A stretch of 64,000 nt of DNA from NCBI RefSeq assembly GCF_009914755.1, contig NC_060925.1; one strand, written 5' to 3'. This DNA is from the human T2T-CHM13v2.0 reference genome, Homo sapiens. A program made the position numbers and the translations under genes. The notes under the pieces were generated by a model. The model saw nothing but the letters and a program-made list of their open reading frames with translations, did not search any database and was not told where the DNA came from. Shown here one piece after another: positions 40,072 to 53,339 of the stretch; the first letter of the stretch is position 1, and each line of letters starts with the position of its first letter.

Positions 40072-43000
40072 CACCAGCCTACTTTTAATGGTAATTTTGA
40101 AAATGACAGTTGACCTGGTAGCCTTTGGGGATGTTTGTGTTCCTCCTCCCAGCAAATCGCCTTCCATGGGCAACAGGCACTGCTCCTCTCTCATGTGTCA
40201 GAAAATCAGTCTGAAACTAGCTATCAAAGCGTACAATAGTCTATCACGTTGACCATCACATTATTTGTTGTGACTTCGGAGAACTCCCCTGTTTTCTCAA
40301 ATCCCTGTCTGCTAAGAATTAGGAACCATTTCTATATAATAAAAAACTATTGCTCACCAGAAAATATATTCTACTTTCCTGTGGAAGAAAACTTATGACA
40401 TTGAACTTGATAAAAAGCCATTTTCACAAGCTCAAATAAAACCAGTCTTCTCCATCTCCCCTCCCACCTCTATTGGCTCAAGTATGAGCAACTGAAGGAT
40501 ACCACGCTGCAAAAGAGATGTTGGGCTTTAGGCTGAAGCAAATCTGGGCCAACCAGAGTTAATCAAATTCTTTATTAAAAAAAATGAATTGTGCCACTCT
40601 AACTTAGAAGTTTTGGAGAAACACTAACACATTTTTTTTTTTTTTGCTGATTTCTTGAATTAAAAAAAAAAAAAACAAAACTACTGCTCCTTTCCTTTTG
40701 GGTAAGTGAGGAGGCAATAGGGTCTTGAGAATCACCAGGACAGCCAGACTCTGTTAGTTTACTTTCATGTGAATACATTAGGTTCTGAGTAGATAGGCAG
40801 AGCTACAATACACTGTGCCTAAAACATCACAGTGGAAAGGTGTGTGTGTGTTTGTTGGGGGTGGAGGTGCCTGGTCCTGAGATTTATCAAGCCTACCTTA
40901 TGGGTACTGACTTGACTGGTTCGTCTACTTTAGGTAAGATGAGAATATACTCCCCTGCCCCAAATTATATTTTATCCAGGTGCCCTGGTGTCTGACATTC
41001 CATCTGTAATCTTTCTTTCCTGCTTTTAAAATGAACATTCTCTTGGTTTGTGCAAAACACTAAACTACTTTATGAAGGCAGATACACTAATGTAGGAAAC
41101 TGCTTTGTTTTCCATTGGTTGAAAAGGACTAGTGGAGCTGTAGGAAGCTTGGAAGTTCATCAGTGGGAATGGAGGGAGGCGGCCAAGAAGGTGAGGGGAA
41201 GGGGAGGGGCCACAGACAGATTTTGTCTACTTGGGAATTTTGAATGGGATTGACCCTGTCCACTCAGTAATAGTTAAAAATGAAACAAAACAAAAAACAA
41301 GGTTTTTGAGTGTTGTTTGAATCCAAGTGCACTATTTCAGTAGTGGAACTGGGCAAGACTTATAAAGCTGCCGTAGGGAAGGGTGATTAGGATTGCAACC
41401 ATAAGCATGAGTTGTAAATCATGACATTTATTTGGGCACAGAAACCAGATCATTAATATTTGAGGAGCACCTTTCAAAACTCAAATTTAGAGGGCAGAAA
41501 ACAGTGTTGGTTTTTTACACTATTTCTCTCTTTTTGAGGTAAGTCAGAGAGTTGAGTTATGAAGCATTAAAAGATCATTTTATTCCCATATTCAATTTTC
41601 TTCTTTTCACTTGGAGAAAACCTCTTAGGCTAAAGACCATTGGAAGTGGCCTCCATGTTTAACTCACTGGCCCCTAATTTCTGCTGGACCTTCATTTCAA
41701 TCGACTGTGTTTCAGGAGGGAAGCGATTCTGGTGACCTCACTGTAGGGAGACAGGAGCCTCTGGCAAGTTACCAAACTGCCAGCCTATTCTACATGAGCA
41801 GAGCTCTTTGCTTTGGCAGAGGAAAGCAATGCTGTTGTAGGTCAACAGTCAAATGTGTCCCGGAAGTTGTTAAGTGTGTGGGGCATTCTAGCCACTGCTG
41901 CTGGTGGAGAGACCTGGCCATTGCCTGCATCTCACCTTCAGAATATGGCCCTGATTAAGCTCTGCAGGTAGAGTCCTGGTTTCTGAGAAGGGTACAGGGC
42001 CTGAGGACATGCTGGTATTTCTTCCTCACACTGCTGCTGAGGACACAGAGAAGGGTATTCTGGCCAAATTAGCCAGTTATTGGTTCCCCAGATAACTTTG
42101 GTTTTAGACACCTGACTTGACTCTGAGTGAGTGGGAGGCTGTTTTCTCTGACTGTTTTTGCATCTTGGCTTTCATGTCACTACATGAACATTCAGCCCAC
42201 AAATTTCTGTTATCTAATCAGGTGCATCAGTCCGTGGTGGAGATGAGAGGGGAGGAACACCCCTCTGACTCAGATTTTGCACAAACAAAATTCAGTCTTG
42301 TTAGCAATGGCAGGAAGAGCACCCAGAGCTGCTCAGATCAGATCTTTCCCTGACAATCTGCAGGGCAGTGAAAGTGAGTGAGGAGTTTTTATGGCAAGAT
42401 AAGCAATGCAAGGGCCCCAATTTGGTTACTAAATAAAATAAAATGTCAATATTTACACATGACCTTCAAGGCTCTTACACTCTTGCTTCCTTAATATTCA
42501 GTACAGACTACATTTTCTTTAGTCCGTTACCAACAGCTTGGAAATTCAGTTAGAGGACATAACCCAAATGTTCTCCAAATGTTGCTTCCAAATGGTCATC
42601 TTGAAAAGTGCCATTTTAAGGCATGCAGTCTTTCTACACTGAGAGAGGGCTGTCACTCTGCCTACCCAACTGCAGGGGAATTATCCAAAGATTAAAACCA
42701 CTGATGATAAAGATAGTGCCATGCAGCATATTTTAATTTGTTGATAATGAAAGCACAAGAGGCCTTTTTACAGGCTTCTTGAAGCCTTACTATTGTGTAT
42801 TGCACATACAACCCCGGCTTGCGCGCTGACACAAACAAACGTGATCGTAACGGTTGAAATATAGTTAGAAACACAACTAAGAACATCTGTATTGTAAGCA
42901 GAAATAAATTAGAAATGCTGAAGTGTTTTGTAGCTGTGAAAATGAAGGAATTAAAAAAACCCACAGTACGTGGATTAAGCGGTTATAAATAACGCATAAA

Positions 43001-43140
43001 GCAAAAATCTCATTACCCCCAGTGTAAACTCCCCCAAATGAAATACATTTTATGAATGTAGTAACACTGTAATAACCAAAGCATTTGTTTTTCCCCACAA
43101 ATTTTCCATTTCATAACTGTGAGATTGTTTGGATTTACAG

Positions 43141-43463
43141 GTTCGGGCCACAACATCCGTGACTTTACCGGTTTTGGTCTCTTCCTTGTAACTTTCGGCT
43201 CCAGGATGCTGCGCAGCTCCTCTCTGCACTATCTATCAGAACGTTGCTCTGCGTGCTTGAAAGTTTCGCCAAACAGAAGTACACAAAAACAAACAGAGGC
43301 GAAACACAAATCCCCTCAGCCCTGGAGGAAAAGGCCTTGAAGCTCTTCCAGTGCAGAGGCCACGCAGAGGACATGCTCCTACCTGTGCACATCGGCCACG
43401 CCTGGGGTGCCTCCTGGAGTCCAGGCTGCTGGCGATGGAATCCATCATGTTGCTGATGTCACT
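43141..43463 (+). ncRNA. Candidate lncRNA exon in a CpG-retaining, repeat-free island
   Basis: Acceptor ttgtttggatttacag| at 43140 and donor ACT|gtaagt at 43463; many CpGs. Confidence 0.4.
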
Positions 43464-45620
43464 GTAAGTCGCAGCCCGCAGGCTGAGCTATGGGGCAGTT
43501 TGAGGGGCCAGAAGTTTTCTCCTGGATGTCATCTTCAGCATACCCAGGAACCAGAGAAAATGTAATTCTTCCCATGCCCATCTCACTCCTGCAGACTGGG
43601 GTCCCTCTTCAGTTTCTTTTTTTTTTTTTAATCATAAGCACATAGGCTCTGGGACATCATGGAACCCAGAAGCATGCTGAAAGGTGAAGCACAAGTCTAA
43701 AGTCTTGTTAGTTATGAAATCCAGCTCTCCTGGATTAGGCAAGGGGAAAACCACATATTTAAGATATACTAGGGCAAGAAGTAAAGCGGAGAGAGCTGAC
43801 TCAATGAAATTTTGTGTATAATAGGAGCCATCCTATGTCTAATTGTCTCCTGTCTCAGAGACCTCATGATTATTTCTGAGCTTTAACCAATGAATTAATG
43901 TAGGTTCTGTCTGGCTCTTCTAACATCTTTGGAATGGTTCCTCAGTGAACCACAGCTATCCATAGAGATAACAACCTGAATCCAAGCCCAGTGCCCAATC
44001 AGGTGCTACTCTTACTTGCATGACTTGGTTCTATTCTTGCCCAGTCCCATTGGGATAACAGCGGTAGCTAAGCAGCTAAGCAGAGTGACCTCATTAGATT
44101 ATCTTCTAGCATAAAATCACATGTTAACTCATTTTTGGACTCATAGTCAGAAACTTGTAATTTTTCTTCATTTTGCTATGCAGCTATTGCACAGTGGGGG
44201 AAATATGACTGGATAATGAGTCAAAAAGACTTGCTCTTACATTCCATCTTCCCCTTCATTGCCTGGGTGTCTTTGGACCAGTCAATCTTTGAGCCTCAGT
44301 TATCTAGAAAATGGGGACACTACTACTTTATATTTTTTCTTTTAGTGGGACCTAGATAAGGTAATGTTAATAAAGGGGCTTTATTTATATATTGAATGGC
44401 ATGATGTTACGATTACTAAAAGGAAATAGCTATTCTACTTACATTACAATGTGGTTTGAGAATCAAATTCAATGAAATATGTGAAGAGGACTTTGAAAAG
44501 TAGAAAGAGCTGAGCAATGCAAAATACATCACTGCACTTGAATGTAATGGCTGGTGTCATGTCAGCTGGATTAACTGTGGTCACCAGTTCTCATATACCC
44601 ATTTGCTAGAGTAGCTCAGTCCTCTGGACTATGAAAGAGGGCACAGAAGCTACAGACACGAGATCTGGTACTATCTTTACCACTACATTTTTATTGTGAG
44701 CACCTCAATCATTTTGAGATATTTGTCTCATTTCTTTTACTTTGAATATGGAAAAACAACAGTCACCTCCTAATATGGCTGTTGGGAAAACATAACTGAA
44801 ATGGATTCAGAAAATAGCCTTTAAGGACAAAGTTATGTGAAGGACATAAATTGTGCATGAACTCTTTCAGTAATGAATAGGCACATCTCCACATACCCCA
44901 GGATCTTAAGCTGATAATGTAACAACAAGAACCTATTGAATCAGGACAAGGTGATGGTTCTGCTCCTGTGGCAATCTAGGTCTCAGAATCTGGTATGCAG
45001 GCAGGGTGTAAAGAGCAGATTGCATTTTCAAGAGAAAGGTTAAGCTTGAATGTTTTGGACAGGAGGTGATTAGATGCATTTTTAAAAAGTCCTTGAATTT
45101 ACCTGATGATTTTTATGTCCTTGTGATGGTTGTAGCCCATTCCAGGATACGAATAAATTTAGCAACACAAAGAAGTTCATTTAAAAATCTTTCCCTCAGA
45201 TGCTCCACTTCCTCTTCCTTCTAGCTTTCTCTTCTTCACTAATTTGCAACCCGCGAGGCTGCCCTTTTGATCACTGGCAGTCTAAGAATAGTGATAAGTG
45301 GCTTTTGAAAATGTTTTAAAACTTTTATAGGAGAGTGGTGGAAAGATGGAGGTTTCTAGAAAACCCTTAATAGAAGAGACCCATTTCATTTATTTATTTT
45401 TGGTTTTAAAGCATTATTTTATTTTGAATGAATTTTAGACTTTAAGAAATTGCAAAAACACTAGAAAGTGTTCCTTTAATCCCTTACCCTGCTTCCACTT
45501 ATGTTGAATCTCTCTCATCATTTTAATTATCAAGAATAGGAAATTGACATTGGTACAATATTATTAACTAAGCTACAGACTTCATCTGATCTTTACCAGT
45601 TTTCCTGCAAATATCATTTT

Positions 45621-45709
45621 TCTCCCATCCAAGTACTAACAGGCCTAACCCTGCTTAGCTTCTAAGATCAGACAAGATTGGGTGCATTCAGGGTGGTATG
45701 GCCATAGAC
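45621..45709 (-). pseudogene. RNA5SP: 5S rRNA retropseudogene, tailless, about nt 1-90
   Basis: Reverse complement gtctatggccataccaccctgaatgcacccaatcttgtctgatcttagaagctaagcagggttaggcctgttagtacttggatgggaga matches 5S with CpG decay; 16-bp TSD caaatatcatttttct at 45608-45623 and 45711-45726. Confidence 0.95.
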
Positions 45710-45854
45710 CCAAATATCATTTTTCTGCCTCAGGAGCCTATCCGGGACCCCGCATTGTATTGAGTTGTATTTCTCCCTAGTTGACTCCAATCTGTGACAG
45801 TTCCCTAGTCTTTCCTTATCCTTCATAACTTTGGCACTCTTTGAAGGATACTGA

Positions 45855-46526
45855 TTTTTACCAGTGGAAGGTATCCGAGTTACTGGTGGCAAATCCATAC
45901 AGGTCTGCAGCAACCTCAGTTCTTGCCCCCTCAGAAGAAAGAATTTGACTGAGGGGCATAAGGCAGAAAAAGAGATCAAGGCAACTTTCAGAGTAGGAGT
46001 GGGAGTTTATTTAAAAAGGCTTTAGAACAGGAAAGAAAGGAAAGTATGCTTGGAAGAGACCCAAGTGGGCATGTGAAGGTCAAGAGTAGTGTTTAACCTT
46101 GATCCTAAGACTTTATAGGCTGGCCTCTTTCCCATGATTCTTCCCTTAAAGTAGGCTGCCCTCATGCACAGAGCCCTCCTTACCCTTGGGAGATGAGCAT
46201 GTGCACTGTGTTTAGGAAGTTGTATGCATGCCCATTAGAGGCTTTCTTCCCTTTTCTCATGGCGTGCCCTTGGAAGGTCATACCCTGCCATTTTATCTCC
46301 TAATACGCATGTCTAGGAAGTTGTGTTTCCCTGGCACCTATACTTAGTTCACTCTTTAGTGCAACAGGTGTGGACCATCAGGAAAAGGCCTCTCCCTGGT
46401 GCTGGCTGCCAATTTATCACTTTTAGAGAGGCAATGTGATAACTGCCAAACCATCACCTGACATTTTTAGTGGGTGGGGGAAAAGCCCACTCCTGCCCTG
46501 CTTATGCCTGTCTACCTATAAATACA
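45855..46526 (-). mobile_element. MER50 (ERV1) solo LTR
   Basis: Reverse start ..taggtagacaggcataagcagggcaggag; 4-bp TSD ctga. Confidence 0.75.
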
Positions 46527-46749
46527 CTGATTAGTAATTTGGTAGAATGTCCTTCACTTTAGGTTTGTCTAATGTTTTGTCATGATTAGAGTGAAGTCAT
46601 GCCATTTTGGCAAGAATACCGCAGAAATGATACTGTATCCCTTTTCAGCACATCATGCCAAGGGATTCATGATGCTGATATATGCCTTATTAATGGTGTT
46701 ATTTATTTTGAGCACTCCATTAGGTTAGTGTCTGCTGTTTTCTCCATTA

Positions 46750-47478
46750 TGAAACCACCTTTGCAAAAACTATAACAGTGAGAAAATTATGACAGTGAAA
46801 GGGATCTGATCTAACCAACCCCCATCTTGCTTTTAACCTCCAAAATGCCTTACTCATTTCTGGGCTTATGCCAAGTTAACTTTGGGAGAAATTTAGTTTA
46901 TAGTTTAAAAGATTGTATCTGTTCCTCAAAACTAAACCACCTTTGTGTAAAGCTGATGAAAGATCACCAGGTTAGGAGGATGAGAGGAACCTGAATTCTG
47001 TTAACATGTAGATATAAATAATTACCAACCATTATTCCAGAGGTCACAAGATTTGCAACTTCCCAGTTGTTCCTGCAGATAACATGACTGTTGTAGAACT
47101 TAAGATTGGCCTTTTGAGATGCCTTTTCAGATTTTTGCGTTTCTGAAAATGGATGGCTCCACCCAGACCCACAAACTGGTCCTGCGGCTCCACCCAGAAG
47201 TGGACTTAGCAGCTCATGAAGACCATTTTCCACACCCCTATGATTGCACCCCCAATCAATCAGCAGCACCCATTCCCTAGCCACCCCCCTTTCCTAAACT
47301 ATCTTTAAAAAACCATAGTCTCCAAATTTTCAGGGCGGTTGATTTGCGTAATAATAAAACTCTAGTCTCCTGTTTAGCCAGTTCTATATGTGTAAAACTT
47401 TCTCTATTGCAATTGCCCTGTCTTGATAAATTGGCTCTCTCTGGGGAGCAGGCTGGAAGAACCCATTGGGTGGTTACA
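46750..47478 (+). mobile_element. LTR8A (ERV1) solo LTR
   Basis: tgaaaccacctttgcaaaaactataacagtgagaaaattatgacagtgaaag...gaacccattgggtggttaca; TSD a(t/c)ta. Confidence 0.85.
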
Positions 47479-49398
47479 ACTATACAGTTATTGTATTTCT
47501 CTTTGTAGCTGATAAGTGTTTTGAGGTAGATACTTTGAGTTTATTCAAATCCTGTTTATTGTTCTTGATTTTTTTTTTCCATAAAGGATCAGATACCTGT
47601 GTGTTTTCTTATATCTGATTTCTTACACAAGGAATCACATAACTCAAAATCACATCTTTTGGGTTTGGGTTTTGTTGTTGTTTTTCCCTTACTTAATATG
47701 TCATGGAAAGCACCCCATATCCACTCTAGAGACTTTCCTCACTCTTTTATACGTTTGTATAGTACTCCATGTTATTGTTCCAGCTTATTCAAGCACTCTT
47801 CTGTGTATGGGCATTTAAGTTGTTTCCAGTGTTTTGCAATTATAAATGATAATTGCAAGTTTATTCATATACATTTTTGTATTGTCAGAGATACATACCC
47901 TAGAAGTGGGATTGCTAGGTGAAAAGGGAAATGTATGTGCACTTTGGTTAGATATTGCCTAATATCCCTCCAAAAGTGTTGTACCAATTTGCATTTCTAA
48001 GAGGGAAAGTGCCCATTTCCCCATAGCTTCACCAACAAGCCTTATCAACAGAATGTATTCTCATATTTGTTTTATTTTTGCCAATTCAATAAATGAGAAG
48101 GGGATTTCCTTAATTATCAGTGAGTTTAAGCATTTTCTGCATATTTAAAAGCCATTTTGAAACTTTTCCTTTTTTTTTCAAATGAATTATTTGTTTATGC
48201 CTTTTCCTCATTTTCATCTCAGGATTTTGTCCTTCAATTTTTAAGGTTTTTTAATGTATAAGGAATATTAGCCCTTTTTCTCTAGTGTATGTTACAAATA
48301 TTTTCTCTCAATATGTTAGTTGTTCTTTGATTTTGTTTATGGTGGTTTTCATCACACAAAAAAATGCAGTCAAATTTATTAATCTTTTAAAAAATTGCCC
48401 CTGGATTTTAAATCATAGTTAGAAAGGCTTTTTCTTACCAAGGCTAAATAATAATGTAGCCATTTATTTTCTATACTATGTGGTTTTAGTTTTTATATTT
48501 ACATCACTAATCCACTTGGAGTTTATACTGCTATATGGTATGTTTTACCCTAGTGATTTGAGATGCCACTTTCATCATATACTAAATTTCCATATGTATT
48601 TTGGTCTAATTCTGGACTATTCTCTTCCACTGGCTTCTTTATTTCTCTGTGCTCCAGTACCACTCTGTTTTAATTATCCAGGCTTTATCAAATGTTTTAA
48701 TTTCTGGTAAGCCTAATCACTACAGCTTTTCTTTTTCAGTGTCTTTCTACCTCATTCCTACCCATCTTTTTTTTTATATGAACTTTAGTATCAAAATCTC
48801 TAACTCCAGAAAATAGCCTGTTCATATTTTGATGGAATTGTATTACATTTATAAATTAACTTAGGGGGAAGTGGTATTTTCATAAAGCTATAATTCTATC
48901 CAAGAACCTGGGAATGTCTTTCCTTTTATTCAAGTTTTTATTACTGTCTGTTAGGAGTGTTTTGACATTTTCCATGCATAGGTTTTCATAACTCATTAAA
49001 TTTATTCATAAATACTTATATTTATTCATAAATACATATATTTTGATGCTATTTAAATGGTGTTTTCTCTACCATTATGTCCCCTGTTTGTTTGTATGAA
49101 GGCTATTGATTTTTATGTTAATTTTATATCCGTGTTCTTCAGTAAATTATTTTATTGTTTGAGTTAGTTTTATTATTGATTCTCTGGGATTTTCCACATA
49201 TATTATTATATCATCTGCAAATATAGTTTTACCACTCATTTAGTCACTCTTATGCCTTTCACTGATTTCTCTTATCTAATTGCACTGGCTAATATCTCTA
49301 ACAGCAGCAGAGATAATAGATATTTATCTCTTGCTTCTGATGTTAGTAGAAACATCCCTAATGCTTTTCCATTAAATAAGATAATGACTTTAGGACTA

Positions 49399-49604
49399 TG
49401 AACCCCCCAAATTTGAGACAAGTCTCAGTTAATTTAGAAAGTTTATTTTGCCAAGATTGAGGATGTGCACCTGTGACACAGCCTCAGGAAGTCCTGATGA
49501 CATGTACACGAGGTGGTTGGGGCACAGCTTGGTTTTCTGCATTTTAGGGAGACATGTGACATCAATCAATCAATATATGTAAGAAGTACATTGGTTCTGT
49601 CCAG
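49399..49604 (-). mobile_element. MER4A-type LTR, truncated at the LTR5A
   Basis: aatttgagacaagtctcagttaatttagaaagtttattttgccaag...gacacagcctcagg. Confidence 0.8.
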
Positions 49605-50605
49605 TGAAGGGATGGCCTGCCCCTCCACACCTGTGGGTGTTTCTCATCAGGTAGGATGAGAGACTGAGAAGAGAAAGAGACACAGAGACAAAGAATAGAG
49701 AAAGAAAAGTGGGCCTAGGGGACTGGCGCTCAGCTTACGGAGGCACTCAGCTTACAGTTTACGGAGGACCGGCAGGCACTGGTCTCTGAGTTCCCTCAGT
49801 ATTTATTGATCATTATCTCTACCATCTCGGAGAGGAGGATGTGGCAGGACAATAGGGCAATAGTGGGGAGAGGGTCAGCAGGAAACATGTGAACAAAGAT
49901 CTCTGTGTCATAAATAAGTTTAAGGAAAGGTGCTGTGCCTTGATGTGCATGTATAGAAACACCTTGGTGCATTAAAGAGCAATATTGCTGCTAGCACGGC
50001 TCACCTCCAGCCCTAAGGCAGTTTTCTCCTATCTCAGTAAATAGAACATACAGTCGGTTTTACGCCGAGACATCATTGCCCAGGGACGAGCAGGAGACAG
50101 ATGCCTTCCTCTTATTTTAACTGCAAAGAGGCCTTCCTCTTTCACTAATCCTCCTCAGCACAGACCCTTTACGGGTGTCGGGCTGGGTGACGGTCAGGTC
50201 TTTCCCTTCCCAGGTCTTTCCCTTCCCACGAGGCCATATCTCAGGCTATCACATGGGGAGAAACCTTGGACAATACCTGGCTTTCCTAGACAGAGATCCC
50301 TGCAGCCTTCTGCAGTGTATTGTGTCCCTGGGTACTTGAGATTAGAGAATAGTGATGACTTTTAACAAGCATACTGCCTTCAACACTTTTTTAACAAAGC
50401 ACATCCTGCATAGCCCTAAATCCATTAAACCTTGAGTCAACACAGCACATGTCTCTGTGAGCACAGGGTTGGGGCCAGGGTTACAGATTAACAGCATCTC
50501 AAGGCAGAAGAATTTTTCTTAGTACAGAACAAAATGGAGTCTCTTATGTCTACTTCTTTCTACATAGACACAGTAACAGTCTGATCTCTCTTTCTTTTCC
50601 CCACA
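49605..50605 (-). mobile_element. HERV-K (HML-2) LTR5A solo LTR
   Basis: Reverse complement begins TGTGGGGAAAAGAAAGAGAGATCAGACTGTTACTGTGTCTATGTAGAAAGAAG and ends CACCCACAGGTGTGGAGGGGCAGGCCATCCCTTCA; about 1 kb. Confidence 0.95.
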
Positions 50606-51869
50606 CAGTGTTCATTGTAGGCCTGAGAGAGGGAGAGAGAGAGAGAAAAGGATAATTAAAGACAGTCTCATGAGATCTGCTGGAGGTTCAGGGAGGTCCC
50701 AGACCACCCTGGGCTTTCCCTGTAGGCCAATCCTTCATGTTCCAGTTATTGAATGCCCATTCTACTGTAGGAACAGATCATAGTTATTAGAGTTCAGAAA
50801 ATAAATTTTCCCTGTTATTTATTCTGGAATTTGTCTTATCCTTTTAATATTCTACAAGTCTCCCACCAGTCTACTAAAGAATATCACTTCCCTAAGGAAC
50901 AGAATGGTCTGCTTCTGATACTAAAAGTAAGATGTTTGTTTTTGAAGCAACATAAATTCAAATAGGGATAACAACTCTTTCTTTGTGGAAAATCAAAGCA
51001 TCTTTATATTTACTTGAGTAAACAGAAAAAATATCTCAATTGAAATGATTTCCCACCTGCCAAACAAAACAGTTTTCTTTTGTAAGTCCTATTCCATATA
51101 TGCGAGTGGTCAAAGCACAAGGCTGCACAAAGGGAATAGTAATGAATTCAGCTAGTGCAAGCCACTGTACCCGCCGAGAGCTCACTCGCTCCATCCTGCA
51201 ACCTGGACTGACAGGCTCAGCTGCTTACTAAGTGTCAGTTCTTTTCTCAAAGAGCCATGTTTTTCCTGGGAGTTAATTTGTGGGTGTTTCATGTTGGTTG
51301 AATTGGGCCTAAAGTCAAAGCAAAACTTTGGAGAAGCTGTGATGCATCCCAGGTTAAACCAGAACTATTTATTGCAGCTTCCCTTTTTGGCCACGTAGTT
51401 CTTGTCCTACAGAGTGGCAGGGATTTTCCACTTCAAGTGTCTGCTTGTATCTTGGGAGGTGGGTCATGAGGACCTCTAGCCTTCTTTTTTTCCTGTGGCT
51501 CTCTTTGGAGGTCTGGCCAAACTGACCCACCAGTGCTCCTCAGGACCAGCCACAGGCAGAACACTGCAGGACATGAAGTTTGCCTTTTACAGCCCCATAC
51601 CTGTACTATTTTCACCTTTCCCAATTCCTAGGACTTCCCAGACCTACCCAGGGGCTTCTGGCTATGGTGCCTGGCTCCTTCGCTATGACACTAAACCTAG
51701 GCCTGCCTTGATTTTAAAAAATATAGCAGCATTCACCACCACAATTACCATTTATTGGCCCTTCATTGTGTGCCTAACATTATGTTGCACATTGTATTCA
51801 TATTTTTCTCCATCACTGTGTGAGCTCAACAGCTATAAGAAGTGGCTGTACATGCAGTGAATACCTTTG

Positions 51870-52300
51870 GTGCCCTCTCTGTCTCCTTGCCTACTCCAGG
51901 AGGTCTCATGCAGGCCAGATGGCATGACAGCTGTGTCCCTTTGCCTGAGAGGGTGCCCTCGCCTCCTGAGAAGATGGTAAATTGAGGGCTAAGCTAGAGG
52001 TGCTCAGTCCAGGAGTAATCCTCAACCTTTGAGGGGTAGGAATTTCTGGGAAAATTTCTTGACTTCCTATTCCCCATGGTGGGACAATTCTGGGGTAGGT
52101 TCCCAGGTCTCCCAGAGGGTCTTCAAAAAGATTGACAGCAGTGGCCTAGTGGTAACCTCATGGCAGCCACTTTATTGGTTTGTCTCCTGTCCCTCCTGTC
52201 TCACTTACCATTCCCTCTCATTGCTCTCTGGGATTTCTGCCCAAGCGTGTTCTCAATCCTTGTGTCATGATTTGTCCTTGAAGGAATCTCCACCAACATA
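51870..52300 (+). mobile_element. LTR16-like ERVL LTR
   Basis: gggacaattctgggg...tttattggtttgtctcc...ctcaatccttgtgtca. Confidence 0.6.
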
Positions 52301-52885
52301 CTGCACGATTGTCCTCCCAGAACAGGAGAGAAAGAGAGCTTTGGGAGGCTGACATGCATGAGGACGTGTAGCTGGTGAGTGGCCAGCAGGACTTGAATCA
52401 GCACCATCACTTATGTTTCCATCAGAATCAGTGTGGGCATATTTTTCTAGTTAGTTAATCAAATTAATTAATGTGTAGCTTTTTTGAAAATGATTTAAGC
52501 CTTTAGAACATATCCTAATACTTCCTTCTTCTATCAAATCTATTTGTCCTGTGTCACATTCCATTGAGACTCAGGATTTAACCAGCAATATAATTAGATA
52601 CAAAATATAACAAATTAATCAATATTGCAATGCTATAGCTGAAAGTGATGAAAGGTAGTATGCCTCTAGCGCTATTCATACTTTACACTAGACTTTTCCA
52701 ATTGCAGTGCCTTAATTTAAAGGAAGAACTCTTTAAATTCTACTAACTCTGTTAGTAGAATTTCAGGCATCTAAGTAGGGCAGACATGCAGTTGGGGATG
52801 GAAGTGTTTAATTCTGAAGGAAAAGTGGTAGGCTTGTAGCCACAGGTTGAGCTGCTTCTCTAATGCAGTTTAGTCAACCTTTAGG

Positions 52886-53193
52886 ATTTATTTTTTTTCT
52901 TTTCTTTTTTTGAGACGGAGTCTTACTCTTGTTGCCCAGGGTGGAGTGCAATGGCGCTATCTCGGCTCACCACAACCTCTAACTCCCAGGCTCAAGCCAT
53001 TCTCCTGCCTCAGCCTCCGGAGCAGCTGGGATTACAGGCATGCGCCACCACGCCCAGCTAATTTTGTATTTTTAGTAGAGGCGGGGTTTCTCCATGTTGG
53101 CCAGGCTGGTCTCGAACTCTGGACCTCAGGTGATCCACCTGCCTAGGCCTCCCAAAGTGCTAGGATCACAGGCGTGAGCCACCACGCCCGGCC
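52886..53193 (-). mobile_element. AluS (Sq/Sp-like)
   Basis: Full dimer; TSD aacctttaggatt. Confidence 0.95.
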
Positions 53194-53339
53194 AACCTTT
53201 AGGATTATAGATAGATGTTCATCAGCTGGATTCCTGCAGTTGTTTCTCAACTTGCTCCTAATTTAGATGAGGGGAGATAGTGAGTCAAGAGAAAAAAAAT
53301 GTAACGATTAATAGTTATAGCCCTATACCTCAACTAATG

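Larger units (their letters stand above)
45410..49398 (-). mobile_element. Old L1 (L1MB/MC/MD type) interrupted by the 5S pseudogene, MER50 and LTR8A
   Basis: Antisense L1 3' UTR/ORF2 motifs (aagtgggattgctaggtgaaaagg, gggcatttaagttgtttccag) that continue across the inserts. Confidence 0.75.

Noticed and set aside
43165-43456. Overlapping minus- and plus-strand ORFs in the 43-kb island
   Set aside because: No recognisable protein family; higher GC makes chance ORFs likely
45668-45979. 103-aa ORF ending VYGHTTLNAPNLV
   Set aside because: Chance read-through of MER50, L1 and the 5S pseudogene
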